Source: an uncultured Ignavibacteriaceae bacterium (GTDB lineage: Bacteria; Bacteroidota; Ignavibacteria; Ignavibacteriales; Ignavibacteriaceae). Taken from it: 64,000 nt of DNA. Both the position numbers and the translations under genes were made by a program. The stretch is taken from NCBI GenBank assembly GCA_964515875.1, contig CAZEWJ010000001.1:88740-152739 (forward strand), in the 5' to 3' direction. The notes under the pieces were generated by a model, which was not told where the DNA came from, searched no databases, and worked only from the letters and a program-made list of their open reading frames with translations. Shown one piece after another: positions 49,422-58,202 of the stretch. Numbering within the stretch: the stretch's first letter is position 1; every line of letters starts with the position of its first letter.

Positions 49422-50318
49422 TTGAGCATTAAACCCAATAAAATAAAAATACTACTACATGGTGAGGAATACCATGCCAAAGTGTTTTGCGAACAACTCG
49501 AAAATTATGAAAAAGGAATTTTTGAACCTAAATATTTTGATGAGCTGACATCGAAACTGAATTACAATGAGTTTGACTTGTTTCATCTGGTATCACCGCC
49601 GATTAGGGTAATAAAGAAGTTAAAAAAGTATAATAAACCAATTTTATTCCATTGGATCGGAACAGATGTATACAGATTTATAAAAGATCCGCCGGTTAAA
49701 AGAGCACTTAAGAAATTTCTCATTCAATCTGCAAATGTAAATAGCCTTGTTGTTTCTGAAAATCTGAAAAGGGAATTAAATCAATTTAACATCTCTTCGA
49801 TATTGCTGCCTTTAACGAAATTAAATTTTATAGATAAGATACCGCCATTACCAGGAAAATTTTCAGTCTTAACTTATGTGCCGGAAAAGAGATGGGATTT
49901 TTATAATGGAGATTTAATTTTGGAATTAGCTCAAAAAATACCGGAAGTTGAATTCCATCTTTTAGCGGCAGGGAAAAAAATAACTAAGCTGCATAACGTT
50001 TTCATTTATGATTTTATTGAGGATGTAATTCCATTTTATAATGATTGTTCTGCCTTGCTGAGAATTACAGTTCACGATGGTCTGCCTAAAATGGTTTTGG
50101 AAGCACTCTCTTACGGCAGATATGTTTTATGGAGCGAATCTTTTCCTTATTGTTTTAAGGTCAATAACCTGACCGAATGTATTACTGTTTTGAATAAATT
50201 AAAATTAAATACTTTCCCAAATTCAGAAGGTAAAGAATTTGTTGAAAAAATTTTCGATACAAATAATATCTTAGAAGATTACCTAAGTATATGTCAGAAA
50301 TTAATTGGGGATAAATGA
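49422..50318 (+). CDS. Putative GT-B-like glycosyltransferase / hypothetical
   Basis: Weak GT-B C-terminal pattern (DGLPKMVLEALSYGRYVL). TTG start. Divergent from 48230-49348. Confidence 0.4.
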   Translation: MSIKPNKIKILLHGEEYHAKVFCEQLENYEKGIFEPKYFDELTSKLNYNEFDLFHLVSPPIRVIKKLKKYNKPILFHWIGTDVYRFIKDPPVKRALKKFLIQSANVNSLVVSENLKRELNQFNISSILLPLTKLNFIDKIPPLPGKFSVLTYVPEKRWDFYNGDLILELAQKIPEVEFHLLAAGKKITKLHNVFIYDFIEDVIPFYNDCSALLRITVHDGLPKMVLEALSYGRYVLWSESFPYCFKVNNLTECITVLNKLKLNTFPNSEGKEFVEKIFDTNNILEDYLSICQKLIGDK

Positions 50319-51598
50319 ACAGAGCATTAGCACCCGTAATTGGGATAACATTTCTCGTTCAGCTTATTGCTTTTTTTATAGGAGTCGGAAATAATGTAAT
50401 TCTTTCCCGCTGGCTCGGTCCCGGAACACTTGGAATATTTGCATCAATTATAGTAATTATAGAGTTAGTTTATAAAATAGTTAATCCCGGGTTAGACACC
50501 TCCGCAATATATTTTATTAGTAATAAGAGATTTAATTTTAAAAATTATGTTAGCACATATTTTATTAATGGATTTGTAGTATTTCTGTTGGGATTATTAC
50601 TTCTGTTCATTCTTCCGAATATTAAAATCTTAGCTTCTGTTTCCAATACCGTGAACCTGCATTTGATCTCTGAAAATTTTATTGGTATTGCTTTTTACTT
50701 TTTTGCTTTTCTTCAATATGAATTTGGAATTAAAATCCCTTTGGGTCTTCTGCAATTTAAATCGTACAATAAAATTCAGTTAGTTAGACCAATAATGCTT
50801 TTCATTCTTTTAATTTGTTGTTCAATTATTTTTAAAGTCAACCTTAATCTTGTATTAATTTTAGTTGGTGTTTCATTTCTGGTTCCTGCTCTTTTCTACT
50901 GGCGGTTGGCTTTACCTGTTGAAACTAAATGGAACAAAGAGATTACTAAGGAATCTCTTAATTATGGAACCAAGGTGATGTTTGGTGGAATTCTGCAATA
51001 TTTAAATTACAGGGCAGATATTCTTCTTATTGGTTTCTTCTTTACACAAACCGAAATTGGCTGGTATTATGTTTCAGTTTTAATCGCAGAACGGTTATTG
51101 TTTTTAACCCAGGCAACTTCAACAATTTTATTACCTGCAGCAAGCAGCTCTGAAGAACAAAGGGGAAAAACTCCATTACTATCCAGGTTAAATTTTACAG
51201 TTGTGCTTATTGGTTCTTTAGTTATTGGTTTAAGTGCTTATTGGGTTGTGCCCTTATTTTTTTCTATGGAATATTCCAACTCAGTTTTACCTTTGGTAAT
51301 TATTCTTCCGGGAATTATTAGTTTGTCTGTATCTAAATTGCTTTCGGCGGATCTTGGCGCAAGGGGATTACCGCAATATAGCACCTATGTTAGTATATTA
51401 AATTTTTGTCTTAATATTGGCTTAAACCTAATCCTGATTCCAAGAATCGGGATTGCTGGTGCTGCACTTAGTTCAACAATTTCTTATAGCGCTGCTCTGA
51501 TTTTTCAAACATATTTTTATAAACGGATAACTAAGGTTTCTGCAAGAGAATTGCTATTATTAAAAAAAGGAGATTTAAAAAAATTGAAGATGGTTTAG
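50315..51598 (+). CDS. Wzx-like oligosaccharide flippase (MOP superfamily)
   Basis: About 12 predicted TM helices, 427 aa, located in a glycan locus. Confidence 0.65.
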   Translation: MNRALAPVIGITFLVQLIAFFIGVGNNVILSRWLGPGTLGIFASIIVIIELVYKIVNPGLDTSAIYFISNKRFNFKNYVSTYFINGFVVFLLGLLLLFILPNIKILASVSNTVNLHLISENFIGIAFYFFAFLQYEFGIKIPLGLLQFKSYNKIQLVRPIMLFILLICCSIIFKVNLNLVLILVGVSFLVPALFYWRLALPVETKWNKEITKESLNYGTKVMFGGILQYLNYRADILLIGFFFTQTEIGWYYVSVLIAERLLFLTQATSTILLPAASSSEEQRGKTPLLSRLNFTVVLIGSLVIGLSAYWVVPLFFSMEYSNSVLPLVIILPGIISLSVSKLLSADLGARGLPQYSTYVSILNFCLNIGLNLILIPRIGIAGAALSSTISYSAALIFQTYFYKRITKVSARELLLLKKGDLKKLKMV

Positions 51599-51622
51599 CT
51601 TAATAATAGTTAAAAACCACTT

Positions 51623-52981
51623 TTGTTTTATGGATTTTTAATGAATAATAATCACAACAAAAAAATTTTATTTATCTCTTACCTGTTTCCTCCTGTAGCA
51701 GGCGGCGGCGTACAACGATCATCCAAATTTGTTAAGTACTTACCTTATTTTGGCTGGATGCCGCTCGTTCTTACTGTAAAAGAGCCTTATGATTTTTATA
51801 GTGATGAAAGCTTGCTGCAGGATGTTAAGGAGAATTGCAAAATTTATAGAACCTTATCCATCGAACCGATGAAGTGGGTGAGAAAGTTTCTTAAAAAAAG
51901 ATGGCAAAAGAAAATCAGTGTAGAAAAAGAAAGTAAATTATCTCCAAAAACCTTAAAGCCCGGATTCCTTGTAAAACTTAAAACTTATTTATTAATACCT
52001 GACAATGAAATTTTATGGCTGCCTTTTGCAGTTTGGAGAGGCTGGAAAGTAATCAGGAAAGAACATCCAATAATTATTTATTCTACCGCTTCTCCATATA
52101 CAGATCATTTGATAGCATTAATATTAACAAAACTATGTAAACTTCCCTGGGTTGCAGATTTTAGGGATCTTTGGGTTGATCGCCCAAACTTTCCTAAAAA
52201 TAAATGGCGATTATTTATAGATAGAAAACTTGAAAAAATGGTAGTTGAAAAGGCAAATCATGTTGTAACCGCTACCTCGTTAATGGCTGATCGTTTCAAT
52301 GAACTTTATCCGGGTAAAAAATATACTACGATTACAAACGGATATGATGAAGATGATTTTGCTGGTATGCCAGAATTAAACCCACAGGAAGGTGAATTCA
52401 GAATAACTTATACAGGTGTCTTTAATAAAGAACGGAATCCCCAAAAGGTATTTCTTGCATTAAAAAAATTAATTGATCAAAGATCTGATCTTAGAAACAA
52501 AATTAAGCTTAAATTTATCGGTCAATTAGACAATCCCGGAGATTTTGAAAATATTAATTTCTTTAAAAAGCTTGGGCTTGAAGAATATTCAGATTTAGTT
52601 TCATATCAGCCGCATCACTATGTAATTAATGAGATGTGCAGGGCGACGGTTCTGCTTTTATTTATAGGCGAATATCCTTTAGGCGAAGGAATACTAACAG
52701 GCAAAATATTCGAATATCTTCGTTCGGGAAGACCAATACTCGCTGTAGTTCCACCAAATGGGTTGGCAGCAGAAGTTATACACAATACTAATTCTGGGGT
52801 AGTTGTATCAAGAGATAGTGAAGACGAAATAGCGGGTGGCATTTCAAAATTATTTGATCTTTTTGCCAGCAATGAATTAGACAAATCATTTAAAAGATCA
52901 AACATTGAAAAGTACAGCCGGAAAAATTTAACAGGGAAACTATCCGAAACTTTTAATAAAGTGTTGGAAGAAAAGAATTAA
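51623..52981 (+). CDS. GT-B glycosyltransferase
   Basis: N-terminal ILFISYLFPPVAGGGVQR motif. ATG at 51641 is the likelier start. Confidence 0.65.
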   Translation: MFYGFLMNNNHNKKILFISYLFPPVAGGGVQRSSKFVKYLPYFGWMPLVLTVKEPYDFYSDESLLQDVKENCKIYRTLSIEPMKWVRKFLKKRWQKKISVEKESKLSPKTLKPGFLVKLKTYLLIPDNEILWLPFAVWRGWKVIRKEHPIIIYSTASPYTDHLIALILTKLCKLPWVADFRDLWVDRPNFPKNKWRLFIDRKLEKMVVEKANHVVTATSLMADRFNELYPGKKYTTITNGYDEDDFAGMPELNPQEGEFRITYTGVFNKERNPQKVFLALKKLIDQRSDLRNKIKLKFIGQLDNPGDFENINFFKKLGLEEYSDLVSYQPHHYVINEMCRATVLLLFIGEYPLGEGILTGKIFEYLRSGRPILAVVPPNGLAAEVIHNTNSGVVVSRDSEDEIAGGISKLFDLFASNELDKSFKRSNIEKYSRKNLTGKLSETFNKVLEEKN

Positions 52982-52985
52982 TAAA

Positions 52986-53774
52986 TTGATTCAAGAAGAA
53001 CTAACCAGCGAGCAGTTTTGGGATGATTACTGGGAAGATTATCCTTTACCAGCAGAGATTAAAAAAACTGAAGGGGAACTGTTTCTAAATATATTATTAG
53101 ATAATTTTGATAAATATCTTCCAAAAACAAAAGACAAAACAATTTTGGAAATTGGCGGATCCCCGGGACGTTACTTGGCTTATATGTATAAAAATTTTGG
53201 ATATAAAATTCATAGCCTGGATTATTCGGAAACAGGATACAAGAAAACAATTGAGAATTTTAATTTGCTGCAAATCCCTGCAGGAGTATATAACAAAGAT
53301 TTATTTTCAGATGAGCTTAATTTACCGCAGTTTGATATTGTGTACTCACTTGGTTTTATAGAACATTTTTATGATTTGAATCTGGTTATCGGAAAACATT
53401 TGAAATTACTTAAACCAGATGGGATACTTTTAATTGGTGTTCCAAACTATCTGGGAATTAATCATTGGTTCTTAAAGAGACTTGCCCCGAAACTTTTATC
53501 TATACATAATTTAGCAGCGATGGATAGTAACAATTGGAAAAGCTTTGAAGAGAAATTTAATCTTCAAATAATTTTTAAGGATTATATCGGAGGATTTGAA
53601 CCTCAAAATTTAAATCGCTGGGAAAAAAAGAATATAAAAAGCTTTACGCTTAAGGTCGTTACTAAAATTCTTTCTCTGCTTTTACATAGTAATTTCAAAT
53701 TTCTGAGAAAGTTTAATTCAAAAATTTTTAGCGCTTATTTAATCGGTGTTTATATAAAACCTGAAGGGAAATAG
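52986..53774 (+). CDS. Class I SAM-dependent methyltransferase
   Basis: ILEIGGSPG motif I and LKPDGILLIGVPN. TTG start. Confidence 0.65.
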   Translation: MIQEELTSEQFWDDYWEDYPLPAEIKKTEGELFLNILLDNFDKYLPKTKDKTILEIGGSPGRYLAYMYKNFGYKIHSLDYSETGYKKTIENFNLLQIPAGVYNKDLFSDELNLPQFDIVYSLGFIEHFYDLNLVIGKHLKLLKPDGILLIGVPNYLGINHWFLKRLAPKLLSIHNLAAMDSNNWKSFEEKFNLQIIFKDYIGGFEPQNLNRWEKKNIKSFTLKVVTKILSLLLHSNFKFLRKFNSKIFSAYLIGVYIKPEGK

Positions 53775-54538
53775 TGAATCTCTCCTCAATAATAATTGCT
53801 AAAGATGAAGAGAAGAATATCGGCAGATGTATTCAGAGCCAAGTTGATTGCATTGATGAAATTATAGTTCTTATTGATGATAGAACGAAAGATTCTACTC
53901 TTGAAATAGTTAAATCTTTTGCAAAAGTAAAATTTGAAATTGTTAAATGGCAGGGATTTTCTGCAACAAAAAAATATGCCGTTACTTTTGCTTCAAACGA
54001 TTGGATATTATGGATAGATGCTGATGAAGCTTTAACTCCTGAACTGTCTAAAGAATTAATTGAATTCAAGAAATCGGGACCAAAATACGATGCATATTCA
54101 TTCCCAAGGAAAGCAAATTTTCTTGGAAGATGGATTCTGCACAGCGGCTGGTATCCTGCAAGAGTAACAAGACTCTTTACCAAAAACAAAATTACCTTCA
54201 GTGATAGCGATGTACATGAACATCTTGTTATAACTGGAAAAACCGGCCATTTTAAAAATGATATTGAGCATTATACTGATCCGGATATCAAACATTATTT
54301 TGAAAAGTTTAATAATTATACAACACTTGCTGCAGACGAACTTGTTAAAAAAGGAAAACCTTTTAAAGTATTTGATTTGATTATTAGACCACCGGCAATT
54401 TTTATAAAAATGTTTATTATAAGAAAGGGGTTTCTTGATGGAATACAAGGATTTATTTTAGCAATGTTTTCATCTGCATATGTTTTTACAAAATATTGTA
54501 AGTTATGGGAAAGAAAACTAAATAGGTATAAGGTATAA
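53774..54538 (+). CDS. Family-2 glycosyltransferase (paralogue of 17120-17881)
   Basis: LSSIIIAKDEEKNIGRCIQS...DDRTKDST...DADE. GTG start. The stop codon lies inside the heptamer repeat. Confidence 0.8.
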   Translation: MNLSSIIIAKDEEKNIGRCIQSQVDCIDEIIVLIDDRTKDSTLEIVKSFAKVKFEIVKWQGFSATKKYAVTFASNDWILWIDADEALTPELSKELIEFKKSGPKYDAYSFPRKANFLGRWILHSGWYPARVTRLFTKNKITFSDSDVHEHLVITGKTGHFKNDIEHYTDPDIKHYFEKFNNYTTLAADELVKKGKPFKVFDLIIRPPAIFIKMFIIRKGFLDGIQGFILAMFSSAYVFTKYCKLWERKLNRYKV

Positions 54539-54634
54539 GGTATAAGGTATAAGGTATAAAGGTATAAGGTATAGAGGTAGTAGTTATATAAATAGAATAT
54601 TTTCCGTATACCTTTATACCCTATACCCTATATC
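54525..54634. repeat. Tandem heptamer GGTATAA (5 perfect copies plus 2 variants) with an inverted partner
   Basis: Perfect copies span 54525-54559. ggtataaaggtata (54553-54566) pairs with tatacctttatacc (54607-54620), and the pairing extends imperfectly to 54539/54634. Confidence 0.8.
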
Positions 54635-54655
54635 ACAAAATATCGTGGAGTAAAG

Positions 54656-54979
54656 ATGGATCTAACAAATGTTAACGAATTACTTTTCATGCAGCTTGTA
54701 ATGCAGAACCAGCAGATTGCAATGATGTCAATGGGCAAACTGAAACATCCGGTGAGCGATAAAATTGAGAGAAACCTTGAGCTTGCAAAAATATCAATTG
54801 ATACTCTTGATATGCTTAGGATAAAAACAAAAGGAAACCTCTCTTCTTATGAGGAGAAATATCTTGATGAAGTAATCAGGGAGCTTAAGCTTAATTATGT
54901 TGATGAAGTGAATAAAGATCAGAAGGAGAATAAAGAACAGGGAGAGGAGAAAAAAGAAGAGAAGAAGGAAGAAAAATAA
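54656..54979 (+). CDS. DUF1844-like small protein with a Glu/Lys-rich tail
   Basis: LFMQLVMQNQQIAMMSMGKLKHPVSDKIERNLELAKISIDTLDML pattern, from memory. Confidence 0.55.
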   Translation: MDLTNVNELLFMQLVMQNQQIAMMSMGKLKHPVSDKIERNLELAKISIDTLDMLRIKTKGNLSSYEEKYLDEVIRELKLNYVDEVNKDQKENKEQGEEKKEEKKEEK

Positions 54980-55030
54980 TAAAAGTATTGTTTTTAATTG
55001 AGCGGAAATTCTTTTTACTGAAATAAGAGC

Positions 55031-55951
55031 ATGGCTAAATTTAAAAAACGAAAAATGATAATCGGCATTATTGCCAATACAACTAAGCAGAAAGTTTTTT
55101 CAGTTATTTCAGAATTGATTAAGATGCTTAAGGCAAACGGATTTGATTATTTATTAAGCGATGATATTCTTAGATATGAAAAACTTTTAACAGAAAGAGT
55201 TAAAGAAAACAAATTTCTTGATGAAGATAAGCTTAGTAAAAAAAGTGATTTGATCATTTCTATTGGCGGTGATGGAACTATGCTTGCGAGCGCTTTCCAC
55301 GCCCAGTTCTATAACAAGCCTGTCTTTGGTGTTAATCTTGGCAAGCTTGGGTTTTTAGTTGATGCAAATGTTGATCAGCTTGAAATATTTATTGAAGAAC
55401 TGAAAAACGGTAAGTATTCTATTGATGAACGAATGGTTATTGAGGGAGAATGTATAGGTCATAAAGTTGAAAAGCTATATGCGATAAATGATATTGTAAT
55501 TGATAAAGGCGGCTGGCCTAAAATGATTGAGCTGACTGTTACAGTTGATGGTGAGTATGTTACAACCTTTGCTGCCGATGGTTTGATAATCGCTACACCA
55601 ACCGGCTCAACCGGGTATTCAATTTCTGTAGGAGGACCGATTGTAAGTCCCAAGACAGATGTAATAACGCTTTCTCCGGTTTCACCTCACAGTTTATCTG
55701 TAAGGCCTATTGTTCTTCCAGGCGATCAGGAAATTGTAATCAAAGCCGAATCGTTTCATAAGGAAGTGCAGGTTAACTGCGATGGACAAAGAGTTTTTGC
55801 TTTCGCTCCTCCGCTTGAAATAAAAGTTAAAAAAAGTAAAAGACCGTTAAAGCTTGTTCACACATCTTTCTCAAGCTACTTTGAAACGCTTAGGAATAAG
55901 CTTCTATGGGGGATTGATTTAAGAAAAAATTTTGAAAAGGAGAATATGTGA
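55031..55951 (+). CDS. nadK: NAD kinase
   Basis: GGDGTML, NDIVI and TPTGSTGYS motifs. Confidence 0.9.
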   Translation: MAKFKKRKMIIGIIANTTKQKVFSVISELIKMLKANGFDYLLSDDILRYEKLLTERVKENKFLDEDKLSKKSDLIISIGGDGTMLASAFHAQFYNKPVFGVNLGKLGFLVDANVDQLEIFIEELKNGKYSIDERMVIEGECIGHKVEKLYAINDIVIDKGGWPKMIELTVTVDGEYVTTFAADGLIIATPTGSTGYSISVGGPIVSPKTDVITLSPVSPHSLSVRPIVLPGDQEIVIKAESFHKEVQVNCDGQRVFAFAPPLEIKVKKSKRPLKLVHTSFSSYFETLRNKLLWGIDLRKNFEKENM

Positions 55952-56454
55952 AATATTCTCTGCTGATGATATTACTGCTTTCAATCAATATTCTTTCACA
56001 GGATAAAAATAAAATTATAAAAGATAAAACCTCAGAGCCAATGGTTATTGGTTATTGTACGAGAGAAGTCTTCTCTGATTCCGCTTTTGCATGGTGGTTT
56101 AATACTGAATATGAAAACTATAAACCTGATTCTTCTGCCGCTGAAATGTTAAAAGAAAAAATGCAGGATGTTGATATTACCTTAGTAATGGGAACCTGGT
56201 GTGATGACAGCAGAATTTATGTTCCGCGTTTTTACAAAATATTAGATGAAATAAATTATCCAACTGAAGAGATTATTCTCATTGCTGTTAATGAAGATAA
56301 AAAAACAGAAGGCGATGAGATTGAAGGACTTGCAGTAGATTTAGTCCCAACAATTATTTTCTATAGAAATAATTCTGAGCTGGAAAGAATTGTTGAAGCA
56401 CCAAAACAAAGTGTTGAAGAAGATATATTGAGTATCATTACTGAGTCTGATTGA
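55948..56454 (+). CDS. Thioredoxin-fold family protein (single Cys in the active-site position)
   Basis: GTWCDDS in place of WCxxC. VPTIIFY cis-Pro region. Signal peptide present. Confidence 0.55.
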   Translation: MKYSLLMILLLSINILSQDKNKIIKDKTSEPMVIGYCTREVFSDSAFAWWFNTEYENYKPDSSAAEMLKEKMQDVDITLVMGTWCDDSRIYVPRFYKILDEINYPTEEIILIAVNEDKKTEGDEIEGLAVDLVPTIIFYRNNSELERIVEAPKQSVEEDILSIITESD

Positions 56455-56587
56455 AGTATTACTTGTAAATCTTACTTTTTAAAGATAAAAGTCTCCTAAA
56501 TCCAACCTGGAAAATCATTTCTTGCCTTATAAAGCTGGTATCTAGTTTGTCTTTCGTAGTAATACCATTATTTACCGGGGTTACAAA

Positions 56588-57994
56588 ATGAGAAAAATTA
56601 AATATTCCCTTTTCCTGATTCTGTTATCTTTAACTTGTCTAGTAAAAGCCCAGCAGGATCCTGTTCCGGATTTCTATCCTTTGGAAGTTGGGGACTTTAT
56701 TGAATATAAAACTTATTCTTACGAAGTCGGTTCACAGACAATATATAGGGAAGTAATGTCTGATACTATTTTACCAAATGGATTAACATATAAAATTGTT
56801 AAACTTTGCAGTTGTAATGGTACTCTGAATTTAGAACCCACATACACCATTGAAAGAAAGGGTGAAAACGGGAAAATCTATATTTACTATGACAATGAAG
56901 ATGTACTTTTATATGATTTTAATTTGGAGTCAGGGACAATTTATCCTTCTCCCTATGGAAATTTAAGTTGGCAGATTGTTCAAGTTGATATGGAAACAAT
57001 CAGTATGATTTTAATGGATGAGAAAGAAAATTGGGTTCAGTATATAAACTTTAAAAAAGAAATCGGACCGATATATTATAGTAATATAGTAATAGATGAA
57101 CTTGTCTTTGAATATGGAGTTGATTATTGGGCCTCAATAATAAATGGGGTTAGGAAAGGGAAATTGTTTTCCATTAAGGATACATTTTTATCACATCAAT
57201 ATTATCCTTTAAACACTGGGGATATTTTTGTTTATAAAGATGGTACATTTTTTATAACGCCTCCGGAGTGGGGTTATATTATAAAAAGAGTTTTAGAAGA
57301 TACAACCCTGATTGATGGACTTAAATACAAAAAGGTTAAATATGAATTGATTAACGTCCCTAATTTATATCCTGATTTTTCTTATGAAAGAATAGATGAA
57401 TCTGGTGTATACGTTAGTAATGGTTATAAATCTGAATTTTTATTACAGTCCAATTTTTGTATAGGTGATACATTCTATAGCAATATTTTTTATGAAACTT
57501 ATAATGAACCTTGGACTGTGATGCAGAAAAATGAAAGTTATGTGGATTATCAAATGCTAACCTCTGCAAATCAGAGCGGAGAAGTTTGGTTTTTTAACAA
57601 CTTGGGTGTGTTGGGATATGGTTCAAATTCCCTTGCTAGGGGTGGAAGTTTAGTTGGTGCAGTAATTAATGGAGAACTTTGGGGTGATACATCAACAGTT
57701 ATAACAAGTGTGGATGATGATAATCCATTAAGCAGTTATAATTTATCCCAAAACTACCCCAACCCTTTCAATCCAACTACACAAATAAACTATTCTCTGC
57801 AAGAAAGCAATTTTGTTACCTTAAAAGTTTATAACTCAATCGGGGAGTTAGTATCAACTTTAGTTAATGAAGAAAAACCTGCAGGGAATTATTCCCTTAC
57901 ATTTAATGCTTCCGGATTACCAAGCGGGGTTTATTTTTACAGGCTTACATCCGGTAGTTTTAATCAAACAAGAAAGATGATCCTCCTACGCTGA
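56588..57994 (+). CDS. Secreted protein with a T9SS C-terminal sorting domain
   Basis: Signal peptide. The C-terminus is NYPNPFNPTTQINYSL...GVYFYRLTSGSFNQTRKMILLR. Confidence 0.75.
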   Translation: MRKIKYSLFLILLSLTCLVKAQQDPVPDFYPLEVGDFIEYKTYSYEVGSQTIYREVMSDTILPNGLTYKIVKLCSCNGTLNLEPTYTIERKGENGKIYIYYDNEDVLLYDFNLESGTIYPSPYGNLSWQIVQVDMETISMILMDEKENWVQYINFKKEIGPIYYSNIVIDELVFEYGVDYWASIINGVRKGKLFSIKDTFLSHQYYPLNTGDIFVYKDGTFFITPPEWGYIIKRVLEDTTLIDGLKYKKVKYELINVPNLYPDFSYERIDESGVYVSNGYKSEFLLQSNFCIGDTFYSNIFYETYNEPWTVMQKNESYVDYQMLTSANQSGEVWFFNNLGVLGYGSNSLARGGSLVGAVINGELWGDTSTVITSVDDDNPLSSYNLSQNYPNPFNPTTQINYSLQESNFVTLKVYNSIGELVSTLVNEEKPAGNYSLTFNASGLPSGVYFYRLTSGSFNQTRKMILLR

Positions 57995-58025
57995 AAGCTA
58001 CGGAGGACAGGTCCTTCTTCGCTAA

Positions 58026-58039
58026 TCCGCCACGGCGGA
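58026..58039. repeat. GC hairpin tccgcc-ac-ggcgga
   Basis: Same stem as the in-CDS hairpin at 61920-61936. Confidence 0.5.
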
Positions 58040-58053
58040 TGAGATAATGTAGA

Positions 58054-58075
58054 GACGCCCCGCTGGGCGTCTTTT
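58054..58075 (+). terminator. Rho-independent terminator for the T9SS-protein gene
   Basis: gacgccc-cgct-gggcgtc followed by tttt. Confidence 0.7.
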
Positions 58076-58127
58076 ATGCATAAAGTCAGATATTTAAAAT
58101 TATCGTTATAGATGAATTATTGTTGAA

Positions 58128-58155
58128 ATAAAAAAGACGCTCCAACAGAGCGTCT
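58128..58155 (-). terminator. Second (distal) minus-strand terminator
   Basis: agacgctc-caaca-gagcgtct, with an A run on the + strand (a T run on the minus strand). It is an inverted relative of the 58048-58071 element (tgtagagacgc / gcgtctctaca). Confidence 0.6.
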
Positions 58156-58159
58156 CTAC

Positions 58160-58189
58160 AAAAAAAGAGATGCCGGATCAAGTCCGGCA
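58160..58189 (-). terminator. Rho-independent terminator of the KamA operon
   Basis: On the minus strand: tgccgga-cttga-tccggca followed by tctcttttttt, 14 nt after the stop. Confidence 0.75.
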
Positions 58190-58202
58190 TGACAGAAAGG
58201 GG

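Noticed and set aside
54525-54580. Tandem repeat considered as a possible CRISPR array
   Set aside because: The period is 7 nt with no spacers, so it is a microsatellite. No CRISPR-like repeat-spacer structure or cas genes occur anywhere in the window.
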